A DNA stretch of 64,000 nt from Bdellovibrionales bacterium (GTDB lineage: Bacteria > Bdellovibrionota > Bdellovibrionia > Bdellovibrionales > UBA1609): contig CBDHDF010000002.1 in NCBI GenBank assembly GCA_965261545.1, positions 800,001-864,000 of the forward strand, given 5' to 3'. Positions 9,707 through 20,091 of this stretch are shown here, piece by piece (position 1 is the first letter of the stretch; the number at the start of each line of letters is the position of its first letter). Under the pieces are notes generated by a model that was not told the origin of the DNA, made no database searches, and saw only the letters and a program-made list of their open reading frames with translations. The translations under genes were made by a program, and so were the position numbers.

Positions 9707-10390
9707 TTGAGTTGTAAGAGTTGGGAAGAAGTAGAAATAGTGAACGTGGGCTGGGTCCAAAAAGCCCACGGTATAAAAGGGGAAATCTATGTGCGCTTCT
9801 ATAATCCACAGCATCCACAAAGAGAGTGGCTCCATGGGTTAGAAAGCTTTGTTCTTAATCCACCCTCCCCCTCCTACAGTCGATCTCAAAATAGAAAAGA
9901 TACAACAACAACCTTTGGAGATAAAAAAAATACAAGCACAAACCATCCCAAAGAATTTGAATTCACATCTAAATCTGACTCTATCCATTGTGTGCTCAAA
10001 CAAGCTCGTCCCCACAAAGAGGGAATCATCATTCAGTGCTTAGAGTGCAATGATCGAAATCGTGCTGAAGAACTTAAAGGTTATACTATGGGAGTTCCCC
10101 AGAAGTGTTTAGTCGCTCCCGAGGGAGAAATATATCTCAACCAAATCTTGAACTTTGAAGTCATTGTCAAAAACCGTGGAGTTATTGGCCATATTCAGAG
10201 TTTTAAAAGCCATAAAGTTCAAGACAATCTCATCATCAAAGGTCTCAAGTGGACCTATGAAATTCCATTTGTGGATGAGTACATTGATCAAATTTGTTTT
10301 GATTCATCACAAGTATATTTAACACTACCCGAGGGTCTCTTGGAACTCTACGAACCCCATAACACGAACCTAGAACCTACTACTAAATAG
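9707..10390 (+). CDS. rimM: 16S rRNA processing protein RimM with low-complexity insertion
   Basis: VGWVQKAHGIKGE, DRNRAEELKG, EIPFVDEYI..LPEGLL; located before trmD-rplS. Confidence 0.9.
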   Translation: MSCKSWEEVEIVNVGWVQKAHGIKGEIYVRFYNPQHPQREWLHGLESFVLNPPSPSYSRSQNRKDTTTTFGDKKNTSTNHPKEFEFTSKSDSIHCVLKQARPHKEGIIIQCLECNDRNRAEELKGYTMGVPQKCLVAPEGEIYLNQILNFEVIVKNRGVIGHIQSFKSHKVQDNLIIKGLKWTYEIPFVDEYIDQICFDSSQVYLTLPEGLLELYEPHNTNLEPTTK

Positions 10391-10526
10391 CTATAGTCCC
10401 CTCTAGCTCATCACCATCATGGTCAATAAGTGGCTATGGTGGGGGATTTTTGGCATAGCCATGGATCACCTCGTCCCCAGAGACAAGGCGACTTTAATTG
10501 AGTGTAGTATTATTATATAGATAGTT

Positions 10527-11315
10527 ATGCAGTTTAATATAGTCACTCTTTTCCAAGAGATCATTCAGTCAGCCATGGACTATGGTGTTGTGGGTCGAGC
10601 CATCCAGCGAGGTCTCGTTCAACTTCAATTTGTCAACCCTCGCCAATTTACAGAAGATATTCACAGAACTATTGATGATCGTCCTTTTGGAGGAGGAGAC
10701 GGAATGTTATTGATGGCAGAACCATTGAAGAAATCCTTGGATTCCCTCGGTCAAGATTGTGGTCATGTTGTTTTTCTCTCTCCCCATGGTCGCAGGTGGT
10801 GTGTCCCCATGGTGGAACACTGGGTGAACACCTACTCAAAAATCACACTTATATGCGGACGCTATGGTGGTGTCGATCAAAGATTCATTGAAAAATATGT
10901 GGATGAAGAAATATCCCTTGGGGATTTTGTCTTAAGTGGTGGGGAAGTGGCAAGCCTTGTCATTATGGACTCCATCATTCGCAAAATCCCTGGCACTCTA
11001 GGCAATGAAATTTCTCACATCGAGGAGTCCTTTCAAAACTCTCTCCTCGAATATCCCCAATTCACCCGCCCTAGAAATTGGGAGGGGTTCAAAGTCCCCA
11101 AAGTGTTGCTTTCAGGCGACCATACCAAGGTTCAAGACTGGAAACAAAAATTATCATTGGTGAGAACAGCCCACTTAAGACCGGACCTCCTCAAACCCCA
11201 CCACAAAGAACACCTAGCTAAAGCCATCAAAGATATTTTAAACATGGATGACAATGAGTTGTCTTCTTGTGGCTTAAAGCGTTCCGACCTCATCTCTAAG
11301 CTATCTCACCAGTGA
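10527..11315 (+). CDS. trmD: tRNA (guanine37-N1)-methyltransferase
   Basis: DDRPFGGGDGM, ICGRYGGVDQR, SLGDFVLSGGE, LEYPQFTRP, LLSGDH. Confidence 0.97.
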   Translation: MQFNIVTLFQEIIQSAMDYGVVGRAIQRGLVQLQFVNPRQFTEDIHRTIDDRPFGGGDGMLLMAEPLKKSLDSLGQDCGHVVFLSPHGRRWCVPMVEHWVNTYSKITLICGRYGGVDQRFIEKYVDEEISLGDFVLSGGEVASLVIMDSIIRKIPGTLGNEISHIEESFQNSLLEYPQFTRPRNWEGFKVPKVLLSGDHTKVQDWKQKLSLVRTAHLRPDLLKPHHKEHLAKAIKDILNMDDNELSSCGLKRSDLISKLSHQ

Positions 11316-11469
11316 CAAGTCAATTAACTTTGTGTAGCTCATGGGATAGCCCTATGCATTAATTGTGGATTCATAATGCCTTGGCTTGACCAAAAACCTC
11401 AGTCAATGATAGCTGTAAGGATTAAATGGGATTAAAATATATTTTAGTATTGGAATGGGAGATAACAAA

Positions 11470-11841
11470 ATGTCAGACTTAGCCACTCAAGTGACCTTTG
11501 GGAAGATTCAAATCAAAGCCTTTCCAAAATTTAAGTCAGGGGACACCATTGGTGTTCATGTAAAGGTCAAAGAGGGAGAAAAAGAACGAATTCAGCTCTT
11601 TAAGGGAATTGTCATCAAAGTGCAGGGCAAGGGCATGGGGCGAAGCTTTACTGTGCGTAAAATTGCCAGTGGAGTGGGCGTTGAACGAACCTTTCCCTTT
11701 TCCAGTCCCGCCATTGAGAAGATCGATTTAATAGCTCGTGGAAAAGTGAGAAGAGCCCGGTTATTTTTTCTACGTAAATTGAGTGGTCGCGCAGCTCGAC
11801 TGGAATCAGAGCTTGTCCGCCCCGATGAAAATAAAAATTGA
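11470..11841 (+). CDS. rplS: 50S ribosomal protein L19
   Basis: [46 protein letters not shown]. Alternative start at 11455. Confidence 0.97.
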   Translation: MSDLATQVTFGKIQIKAFPKFKSGDTIGVHVKVKEGEKERIQLFKGIVIKVQGKGMGRSFTVRKIASGVGVERTFPFSSPAIEKIDLIARGKVRRARLFFLRKLSGRAARLESELVRPDENKN

Positions 11842-12508
11842 AGCTTTTCCATGGCAAGAATTGCGCCCCCAACCTGTTATAGGGGTGGATGAGGTGGGGC
11901 GTGGCTGTCTCGCAGGCCCTGTCTATGCCGCTGCGGTGGCCATGGATGCCAATACCATAAGTCATTATGTCTCTGCCTCCTCCACAAAGCAGAATCATTT
12001 CAAAGACTCTAAGGCTCTTTCAGCCCTTCAAAGGGAGACACTGTGTCTCGAAATCAAGAACAACTACTTATTTGGCCTAGGCTCGGCCAATGTAGAAGAA
12101 ATATCACGGATGAATATTCTATGGGCTTCCCTTCTGGCTATGAAAAGAGCCGTGAACACATTGACCTCCCAGTTCAAGGGAGGGTTTCAAGGACATGTTC
12201 TCGTCGATGGAAATCATACTATCCCCAATCTTGATGCCTGTATTCAAACACCTCTTATCAAAGGTGACCAACGGGCCATGCCTATTGCAGCAGCTTCTAT
12301 TGTGGCCAAAGTTCATAGGGACCAGTGGATGACTGAGGTAGCGGCTCACAAATATCCCAATTATGGTTTTGAAAAACACAAGGGCTACTCCACAGCCACT
12401 CACAAAAAAGCCATTGCCCACTGGGGACCCACAGAGATCCATCGCCCTACTTTTTCGGGGGTCAAGGAGTTTTTGCATGGGTTCCCACATGATAGTCATA
12501 GTCACTGA
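11825..12508 (+). CDS. rnhB: Ribonuclease HII
   Basis: [47 protein letters not shown]. Confidence 0.96.
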   Translation: MKIKIEAFPWQELRPQPVIGVDEVGRGCLAGPVYAAAVAMDANTISHYVSASSTKQNHFKDSKALSALQRETLCLEIKNNYLFGLGSANVEEISRMNILWASLLAMKRAVNTLTSQFKGGFQGHVLVDGNHTIPNLDACIQTPLIKGDQRAMPIAAASIVAKVHRDQWMTEVAAHKYPNYGFEKHKGYSTATHKKAIAHWGPTEIHRPTFSGVKEFLHGFPHDSHSH

Positions 12509-12575
12509 TAAATAGACTAAATAAATGGTCATGATGATCACTGATAAGCAGTGGGTAAGATGGCCAATGAACCTC

Positions 12576-12592
12576 TTGGCACAGAATATGCA
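12576..12592 (+). promoter_or_regulatory. Candidate sigma54 (-24/-12) promoter
   Basis: TTGGCACAGAATATGCA (GG-N10-GC) just upstream of the YraN-like gene. Confidence 0.6.
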
Positions 12593-12606
12593 CCTATGAA
12601 AATGCC

Positions 12607-13092
12607 ATGATAATAAATAAGAATAAAAATAGAGCTAAGAATAGAAATAAAGATCAAAATCCAAGCCTTGAGAGGAGGGCTAAGAAATATCCATGGCCTC
12701 TTGGAGTTCCTCAAAAGCTCACACCTCCTTACTTGTCAAATCTACAAAATTCCACCAAACTCGCCAGGGGAGTTTATTGTGAGTTTGTCGCTGAAGAAAT
12801 CTTTATCAAAAATTCCTATCAACTTCTCGCTCGTTCTTTCAAAACGCCCTATGCTGAAATTGACCGGCTCTTTATCTCACCGCAAAGAGAGCACGTCATT
12901 CTTGAAGTCAAGTCTATAGGAGGATGGAGTGAGGTGCCAGCCATTCACAAAGGTCAAAAGCAACGGCTTCACCGAGTTTTAGAGTATTTCACTGCTCAAC
13001 TCAAATCCCCTGTGGAAATTATGTACATGACTTTCACACAAGAATACTGGGCACTTTACGAAGAAACTTTTGAAACCTCGACGCTATACTAA
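12607..13092 (+). CDS. YraN-family (UPF0102) nuclease-like protein
   Basis: G...E..A...Y.LLAR.FKTPYAEID...ILEVKS...QKQRL; usual position after rnhB. Start uncertain. Confidence 0.75.
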   Translation: MIINKNKNRAKNRNKDQNPSLERRAKKYPWPLGVPQKLTPPYLSNLQNSTKLARGVYCEFVAEEIFIKNSYQLLARSFKTPYAEIDRLFISPQREHVILEVKSIGGWSEVPAIHKGQKQRLHRVLEYFTAQLKSPVEIMYMTFTQEYWALYEETFETSTLY

Positions 13093-13106
13093 GGAAATAA
13101 CCCTGT

Positions 13107-13898
13107 ATGATAAAATCTCAAGTCCATATTGAAGAACTCTATAAAAGTTATCATCATGAGATTGTCCAATTGCCCCATATTCTGCAAGGGGAGGGGGTCA
13201 CTCTACACTCAGGTCGTAATATTATAAAAAAAATAACTCTCTCCATCCAGAACCTCCCATCATTGGATGTCACCATTAAATCCTTTTCTCTACCACTATG
13301 GCCCCAGGGGCTCATTTATACATATGGACGCCCTTCCAAGGCTGTGCGTTGTATGGATCACGCTCGCAAACTCCTTGACCTCAAAGTCCCCACGCCAGAT
13401 CCTATTGCTTTCCTTGAATACCGGAAGTTTGAATGCCTTCGGCAAAGCTATTATATTTGCCGCTATCATCCCCATGATTTTAACTTGGCCTCTTTGCTTC
13501 AAGGGGGAGTTTCCCATGGTCCCAAAACAGAAGACCTTTTCAATGACTTTGTTCAATTTACTTTTCAACTCCATGAAAAGGGAGTCTTCCATCTTGACTA
13601 CAACCCAGGGAACATTCTTGTAACGGAAAAGGAGGGATCCTTTGAGTTTTCCATTGTAGATATCAACCGCCTTTGCTTTCAAACTATGGACATGAATGAC
13701 CGAATTTCTTGTCTTGTGCGAGTGACTTCCATTGTGGATTTTATACGAATTATAGGTGAAAAGTATGCAAAAATTTATGGAGTCAATGAAAAAGACTTTT
13801 GTCACAAACTTGAAAAATCTTTTTTTCAATTCAAAAGTCAGAGGCGTAGACTTCAAAAAATCAAGTCTTGGTTTCGATCAGGGTATGAAATTTCATGA
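13107..13898 (+). CDS. Lipopolysaccharide kinase family protein (Kdo/WaaP/InaA-like)
   Basis: GRN.IK, IKSF, R.SKA.R, PTPDPIA, LH.KGVFHLDYNPGNIL, VDINR. Confidence 0.85.
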   Translation: MIKSQVHIEELYKSYHHEIVQLPHILQGEGVTLHSGRNIIKKITLSIQNLPSLDVTIKSFSLPLWPQGLIYTYGRPSKAVRCMDHARKLLDLKVPTPDPIAFLEYRKFECLRQSYYICRYHPHDFNLASLLQGGVSHGPKTEDLFNDFVQFTFQLHEKGVFHLDYNPGNILVTEKEGSFEFSIVDINRLCFQTMDMNDRISCLVRVTSIVDFIRIIGEKYAKIYGVNEKDFCHKLEKSFFQFKSQRRRLQKIKSWFRSGYEIS

Positions 13899-14098
13899 GA
13901 TAACATATTGTAATGGTTGTCGATGGAATATCTTTGCTTTCATTCTCTCTATTGTCTTTTTGGGTTGATATGGTAAGCAGGTATAAGTGTTGAGGCTTTT
14001 TTATTTGTGGTTTTCAAATTGCCGATAAGTAGTATTATGTTACATTTTATTGTACTTGACTCCTAACTCCTCCATTTCACATTGGGACTACGATTAGA

Positions 14099-15046
14099 AT
14101 GTCTATCTTTCAATACAGTTCGCATTTCTGGATAGTTTTTATAAGATTTTCCTTTCATAGTCTATGGGTGATTTCTTGGATAACCTTTTTTATTCTTATT
14201 CTTATCCTTGTCCAGGGAAGCATTTTGTCACCTGTGAAGGCTCAGGCCACCCCTGTGGAAGATCAACCCATGAGCCGTCAAGACAACTCCATAGAATTGC
14301 CAAGCTATGGTGAATTAAAACATTGGGACAGTGAGCCAAATCGGAAAAAACTTATTAATGACACTTTGCAGCTTACTGCCCTTAGCGGAGGAATCTTAGC
14401 CACTATTTATTTACTTCCTGAGTCATACACCAACTGGGACAGAGATATCAAACCTAGTTTCAGCCAATGGAAAGAAAATATCACGACTCCCGTTATAGAT
14501 AAGGATGATTTTACATTGAACTATATAGGTCATCCCTATTTTGGAGCGACCTATGTTATGATTGCCAAAAGAGCAGGTTACAGTGATTGGCAGGCTCTTC
14601 ACTACTCTTTTTGGGCTTCGTTTACCTACGAGGCTATCGAGTCATTTGCCGAAGAAATTTCCATTCAAGACTTGTTTGTGACTCCTCTGGGAGGATATTT
14701 ATTTTACAAAGGTTTCACATATCTCGATCACCGCATTATTAAAAATAAGGGCAAGCTTCTGGGCTCCAAATTCTTAGCTCGCTTCATCCGTATTATGAAC
14801 CCTCTCCATGCGGTGGATTTCCCCCAATACCTCAAGAAAAAGTACAAGGATTTAACAAGGGCTGAGTTGGTTCGAACCCATGGAGAGCAAGCGATCTTAG
14901 ATTCCCAGTGGGATCGAGAGGAAAACCTACATTTAGGATTCCGCATTTCAAGACACCCTACCACTACTACCCACTGTCTATCCTACAGACTTCAAAAGTG
15001 CCCCAAAGAACCCCTATGGAATCTCGCCCTTCAAATAAAGTGGTAA
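14099..15046 (+). CDS. DUF3943-like domain protein
   Basis: D.D.F.LNYIGHPYFGATY..A..G, YE.IESFAE.ISIQDL.VTP.GG. Confidence 0.75.
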   Translation: MSIFQYSSHFWIVFIRFSFHSLWVISWITFFILILILVQGSILSPVKAQATPVEDQPMSRQDNSIELPSYGELKHWDSEPNRKKLINDTLQLTALSGGILATIYLLPESYTNWDRDIKPSFSQWKENITTPVIDKDDFTLNYIGHPYFGATYVMIAKRAGYSDWQALHYSFWASFTYEAIESFAEEISIQDLFVTPLGGYLFYKGFTYLDHRIIKNKGKLLGSKFLARFIRIMNPLHAVDFPQYLKKKYKDLTRAELVRTHGEQAILDSQWDREENLHLGFRISRHPTTTTHCLSYRLQKCPKEPLWNLALQIKW

Positions 15047-15171
15047 TACAACCTTCTTTCTCTTCAGTTCCTAGCTCCTCAGCTTCTCTCGCTGTCTCAA
15101 TTGACCTGCTGCAAGTTGTCATGCTAAAATGAGAAAGGTTCATTTGTAACTTTGTAACCTGAGGAGAAAGA

Positions 15172-16086
15172 ATGCTTAGAAGTAATAATAAAAGATGCAA
15201 TAAAATAAAGGAGTTTCACAGTCCTCTGAAAGATCTAAGGGGTTTTTTAAGATATTCCTCCGTGGTCTTTGTGTTTTTTATGCTTTTTTCTATAGCTTCA
15301 AATTCCAAAGCTCATGAAAAAAATAGCAACTCCACCCACCAAATAAACCACAATCAAAGCCATCTTACCACTCCCACATATTTCACAAAATCCGAATCAC
15401 CTTCACTCTCCTCCACAGCTATCTTTCTTGCCCAATCTGACATGGATGTCTACGATCCATTTGCGGACTACAGCGAGTTTGATGACAACTCCGATGAGGA
15501 AGCCGACCTCAATTTTTTCCGCGATGGGCGACTCTTTACCATGGGGGTGACCCTTGGCTACCAGAGTTTTACAGACACCATGGGGACCATTTTCACACCG
15601 GCTCCCCTCTTTGGTGTCTATTTAAGCTACTTTTTTAATCTCAGGTTTGCTCTTCAATTCAATGTGAACATCTCCAATGGTAATATTGACTTTCTTACGC
15701 TTGGGCAAAGAATTACTGGAAGTTCCACACGGACAGGGTTTGATATTAGCCTTAAGTATTACATAAACACTCAAAACATCACTCGAAATGTGGCCAGGTT
15801 CAACCCTTATTTTATTGGTGGCCTCAGCCATATGATTCTCTCAAGCAAGGTGAGTTCCAACACATCTGTGGCCAGCGACAACGGTTTTGGCACTATTCTT
15901 GGCGGAGGTATTGAAATCCCCATGAATCGCCAGGGCTCCATGTATCTAGGCATACAAGGAGCCTATAAATTTATCCACTTCAAAACCGTTGAAGGCCATG
16001 AATTCACTATTCAGCAAGGTCCCACAGGAATTATACCTCGCGGTGACCTATTTCATGTCAATGCCATCTTTGGTGTGAATTTTTAA
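15172..16086 (+). CDS. Outer-membrane beta-barrel protein
   Basis: Signal-like segment, alternating beta-strand pattern, FNPYFIGG, GGGIEIP, C-terminal Phe. Confidence 0.75.
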   Translation: MLRSNNKRCNKIKEFHSPLKDLRGFLRYSSVVFVFFMLFSIASNSKAHEKNSNSTHQINHNQSHLTTPTYFTKSESPSLSSTAIFLAQSDMDVYDPFADYSEFDDNSDEEADLNFFRDGRLFTMGVTLGYQSFTDTMGTIFTPAPLFGVYLSYFFNLRFALQFNVNISNGNIDFLTLGQRITGSSTRTGFDISLKYYINTQNITRNVARFNPYFIGGLSHMILSSKVSSNTSVASDNGFGTILGGGIEIPMNRQGSMYLGIQGAYKFIHFKTVEGHEFTIQQGPTGIIPRGDLFHVNAIFGVNF

Positions 16087-16167
16087 CCCCCGCCCCATCG
16101 GGGTCAATTCACCCAAGCCACAAGCGAGCTTTGCATAACCTCTTAAGAGGGAAATTTCGAGGAGCTA

Positions 16168-16626
16168 TCAAGGCTCCAAAATATCACCACTTAAACCTAG
16201 AAATTCAGGGCCAAAGCTCTCTGGTAAAAGAGTTCTAAGTCTGCTTTCTTTAAATTCTCCATCAGCATTTGACATCACCACAAGACAATCTTCAGAAACA
16301 AACTCATTGAGAATCTGACGACAAAAACCACAGGGGGGCACAGTGCCCCCTTTTCTCGTAATGATAAAAATAGCTCGCATCTCCCTTTCCCCTTGACTCA
16401 CAGCCTTCCAAATCGCCACCCTCTCAGCACAAACACCTCCTCCTGAAGAAGCATTTTCTACATTGCAACCAGAGTAAATTCCCCCCCTCGAAGTGAGAAC
16501 AGCAGCACCCACATAAAATTGACTGTAGGGAGCATAGGCATTCTCAAGAGCCTTTTTTGCGCTGACCTCTAGCTCCTTCCGATGGCAGTCTGAAATTATC
16601 ACCTCTGACGCCTTAACTTTTGACAT
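16168..16626 (-). CDS. cdd: Cytidine deaminase
   Basis: AYAPYS.F.VGAA, GCNVENAS...CAER, PCGFCRQ, LLP.SF; GGAGG precedes ATG 16626. Confidence 0.95.
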   Translation of the reverse strand: MSKVKASEVIISDCHRKELEVSAKKALENAYAPYSQFYVGAAVLTSRGGIYSGCNVENASSGGGVCAERVAIWKAVSQGEREMRAIFIITRKGGTVPPCGFCRQILNEFVSEDCLVVMSNADGEFKESRLRTLLPESFGPEFLGLSGDILEP

Positions 16627-16653
16627 TCTTGTTCCTCCACCGTAAAGCATCTC

Positions 16654-17046
16654 ATGATGCTATCTATTGCTAGAAAGACTTATTTAAGTTGTGGCTGGGA
16701 AACCCCTCCCATGAAGGGAGGATTCAACCTCACTCTGGAAACCTATATAAAAGGACCTTTAAACCCTAAAAGTGGCCTTATTGTCAATCTCTCCGACCTC
16801 GATACTGTTTTAAAAGACGTCACGAGTCCCTTTGACCACAAACATTTACAAAAAGACTTTCACGACTTAAATTTTCAATCCTTGGAAGACTTTGCCACCC
16901 ACTGCTTCTCTCAAATCCAATCTCACCCGTACTTATTGGAATGGAAGCAAAGCTCCATTTACCTAGAAAAACTCAAGATACACTATAGCCCAACAAAGTG
17001 GATCGAAGTGAAAAGCCATATAAATAGTGGGACCCAAAATCAGTGA
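16654..17046 (+). CDS. QueD/PTPS (T-fold)-like protein, apparently degenerate
   Basis: G.LNP.SGLIVNL.DLD..LK....FDHK.L matches the PTPS core, but the HGH metal motif is absent. Confidence 0.65.
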   Translation: MMLSIARKTYLSCGWETPPMKGGFNLTLETYIKGPLNPKSGLIVNLSDLDTVLKDVTSPFDHKHLQKDFHDLNFQSLEDFATHCFSQIQSHPYLLEWKQSSIYLEKLKIHYSPTKWIEVKSHINSGTQNQ

Positions 17047-17125
17047 CTTGCTAAGTGACACAGCAAACAAAAACGCATAAAATCTACCTCCAGAAAACGG
17101 AAAAATAAAAGATTGACTTCATAGT

Positions 17126-19195
17126 TTATAAGAGAGATGGAAGCGGTTCTGTGTTCAAGTAACTTATACTCTCTTTAAATCTCATCTTCCCAAAGAACTC
17201 AATGAGAATCGCCAACTCAAGGTTCTCAGAAAGCATTGCCCAAAAAGTCTCTCTGTCAATGGAAAGAAGCATCACATTGTCGAGAGCTTTTACAGAAACA
17301 ATTCTTGGTATATTGGCAATGAGCGAAATCTCTCCAAAGAATCCTCCCTGTTTAATTTTACTTACAGCCTGGTCATTGGCATAAATACTCACAGAGCCTC
17401 GAATGATGAGGTAGAATCTATCTCCTAAATGCTGCTGTTCAAAGATGATCTCGTTGGCCTTATACCAAGCAACCTTCCCCTTCTCTTTAAGAAGAGAAAT
17501 AGAGGACTTGGATAGTCTCTTAAACATAGGAGAAGAATGGAAAAACTGATCCATAATAATAGCATTTTTAAAAAAATCTATCTCTTTAACCTCAGGATGA
17601 CTGGCCATGAGATTCTTTAAGAAATTGGCATCCACCTTGAAGACAAGAGAATCTTTCTTGGCAAGAACCTCTGCGGTCCGCCTCGTTTTTTCAATGAGAG
17701 CTATCTCACCGAAAATAGAAACAGGCTTGATATCTCCAAGGGTGCTAATTAAGTTAAAAAACTTATTTCTAACCTGTAAAACTCCGTCTAGCAATACAAA
17801 CAATTCTACACCAACATCACCCTGGATAATGATACGATGGCCTGGCTTGTACTTTACGACCTTGCCTTGGCCAACAATATGCTCAACCATGGAGTGACCT
17901 AGAGTTCCAAAAAGAGGCAAGTTTCTAAGTTCTTGAAATAGCTTGCGTCTATCGTAATTAGTAACATCTTCTGTATAGATAACCCTCTTCAACTTCATCC
18001 AAATTTCATTGAGAGGAGCCAAGAAATGGGCATAAGAGCTTTTAACAAGTTGCTTCAGTAAAACAGTAAGTACAAAAAGAGATATCGCAAAAAAAATCAA
18101 AATAGTCGCTCTGTCTGCAGTTGATTCCCAATGAAGAGAGGAAAGAAGTGAAGGTGCGATTTCGTAGGTATAGTAAATAATTCCACCAACGGCAATAATT
18201 GTCCAAAGAATGGCATACAAGGAGTGAGATTTACGCAAATGATGAAAAGACCATTTATCATTTGATTCGTAATCCATAAATTTTGAATAACTTTCTAGGA
18301 GCCAAGACACTTGATTAAAATGATCATCGTTGCTAAAACGCTTGAACAATTGGCTTATATCACCGTAACCAAAGGGATTTAAATTGTAGATAAAGAGAAT
18401 AAATGCGACAAGATAGACTTGCATCAAGAGCCAATGCTCGATTCCAAAAAATGAGAGAAGATAAGTAAATAAGAAATAACAAGGTATACTACAAAGGAAA
18501 TACAAACCTACGCCCAGACGATTTGAATAAGACAGTACAGCCTCGAAACTCACATGGACATACAGGCAAAGTCCATTAAAAAGAAGCCTCACATTATAAG
18601 CATTTCCTAGTAGCAAAAGTTGTAAACCCAATTGCATAATGTACTTTAAACTCAAAAAAAGTGATAAGCAAAATAGCAAACTCAATCCGCTTTGCCAGTA
18701 GCTCCCCCCTGCCACTAAAAAACCATTAAAAATTTCCAACAAAGGAAATTGAGAAGCTGCAAAAAGGGAAAACAAAAGAATGGCCACTGAAAATAAATAA
18801 AAGCATAGATGATAAGCCCTAGAACACACAATGGGACGAATGGAAAACTGACGAAACGGTTTAGATACTTCTAGAAAGTTATCCAGCCATGAAAACCATC
18901 CTGTGTGGGGGCTCAAAGAAGTATTATCAAGCTTGGCACTATTTTCTAAAAATCCCTTATCCTTAAGGCGTGATAAAGACTTCATCAACATGCCAAAATG
19001 AAAGGTCTTCTGAGCCCCATGGCTCTTCGCCACAATCTCTGGCAGAGTTCTCTTTCCATTGAAGTAAATCAGAAAGTGAAGAGCATGAATAGGAAGAAAA
19101 ACATACCTTACATCTGATTTAAGAAGAATCTGATCGTTGTGAAAAGATAGTTCGGAGGGACGAAGCTTTGGACGAAATTCCTCTAAACTAGGCAT
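17126..19195 (-). CDS. Membrane protein with N-terminal winged-helix (PqqD/RRE-like) region, M50-like membrane region and two cyclic-nucleotide-binding domains
   Basis: Two cNMP motifs (IIIQGD.G..LF...G..FGEIAL...RRTAEV and FGEISL...PR..SV); several hydrophobic helices; YNLNPF. Confidence 0.85.
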   Translation of the reverse strand: MPSLEEFRPKLRPSELSFHNDQILLKSDVRYVFLPIHALHFLIYFNGKRTLPEIVAKSHGAQKTFHFGMLMKSLSRLKDKGFLENSAKLDNTSLSPHTGWFSWLDNFLEVSKPFRQFSIRPIVCSRAYHLCFYLFSVAILLFSLFAASQFPLLEIFNGFLVAGGSYWQSGLSLLFCLSLFLSLKYIMQLGLQLLLLGNAYNVRLLFNGLCLYVHVSFEAVLSYSNRLGVGLYFLCSIPCYFLFTYLLSFFGIEHWLLMQVYLVAFILFIYNLNPFGYGDISQLFKRFSNDDHFNQVSWLLESYSKFMDYESNDKWSFHHLRKSHSLYAILWTIIAVGGIIYYTYEIAPSLLSSLHWESTADRATILIFFAISLFVLTVLLKQLVKSSYAHFLAPLNEIWMKLKRVIYTEDVTNYDRRKLFQELRNLPLFGTLGHSMVEHIVGQGKVVKYKPGHRIIIQGDVGVELFVLLDGVLQVRNKFFNLISTLGDIKPVSIFGEIALIEKTRRTAEVLAKKDSLVFKVDANFLKNLMASHPEVKEIDFFKNAIIMDQFFHSSPMFKRLSKSSISLLKEKGKVAWYKANEIIFEQQHLGDRFYLIIRGSVSIYANDQAVSKIKQGGFFGEISLIANIPRIVSVKALDNVMLLSIDRETFWAMLSENLELAILIEFFGKMRFKESISYLNTEPLPSLL

Positions 19196-19922
19196 AGTTC
19201 AACCTTCTCCAATAATCATAAAGACGCTCTCGAAGATTTTCCAATCCATAAGTGGGGTTTTGAAAGTTAGAAAAACATATAATCAATTCAGCAACTCGCT
19301 CTCGACTCTCAACTCGCTTTTTCTTCTGATCCTTAGATTCATAGATTTCCCCACTCTGATTCAGAGTTATTTCATCATTATCCATTTTAAATACAATCAA
19401 CCCATTTTGATAAATAATAAGAGTCTCCCCCTTGAAGCTCACCCAAACCTCCTCGGCTTCACAGGTAAAGGAACTCCCCTTAAGAGAAATAAATTGAAAT
19501 CTCTGCCCTGCAAGCTTTGGCAAAAGACACTGACTGAGCTTCTTTTTAAGTTCAGAACTGATATCTTTAAACTTTAAATGAGTGCGAAGTTTATAGTTTG
19601 CAACAGCTCTCACTCGGGTATGAAAGGACAACTGCCCGGGCCACCTCAATTCAATTTCTAAGTTGCTACCTGAGTCCTCTGAGTCATTGGGGACAAGCCC
19701 TAGCCCTGTCATACTAATGTTGTAAACCCTCATGGTTTGTCCATGAATAAGAACCTGTGGGAGATAACCAAGGTGCCCCCAAGGAGGGTAACAGATGCGT
19801 AGCTGCCCACGTCTCTCTATATTATTGAAGGAGGCCAGTGATGCCATGGAAATCTCTGCCTCTTTATGCCTTTTGGCATAATCCAACCAAGATGTGACAA
19901 AATGGTCCATATTCCCCCACAT
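19188..19922 (-). CDS. PilZ-domain protein
   Basis: ERRGQLR (RxxxR) and NISMTG ([D/N]xSxxG) motifs. Confidence 0.8.
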   Translation of the reverse strand: MWGNMDHFVTSWLDYAKRHKEAEISMASLASFNNIERRGQLRICYPPWGHLGYLPQVLIHGQTMRVYNISMTGLGLVPNDSEDSGSNLEIELRWPGQLSFHTRVRAVANYKLRTHLKFKDISSELKKKLSQCLLPKLAGQRFQFISLKGSSFTCEAEEVWVSFKGETLIIYQNGLIVFKMDNDEITLNQSGEIYESKDQKKKRVESRERVAELIICFSNFQNPTYGLENLRERLYDYWRRLNYA

Positions 19923-20064
19923 TTTCTTGAGTAGTTTTTTAAATAGCCTCTAGAGCCGCTTCCATCGTTCAGCTATTAACGCTTGAGGCCCAGGCTCCTC
20001 CGGCCCTTCTTATTGTCTACGAAATGAGGCCAACTGCATAGGATTTATAAACAATGGAACCTTT

Positions 20065-20091
20065 TGATCGGAATATTTACGTGATGCGTTA
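20065..20091 (-). promoter_or_regulatory. Candidate sigma28-type promoter for the PilZ-cNMP pair
   Basis: Minus strand TAACGCAT-N11-TCCGATCA, resembling TAAAGTTT-N11-GCCGATAA. Confidence 0.4.
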
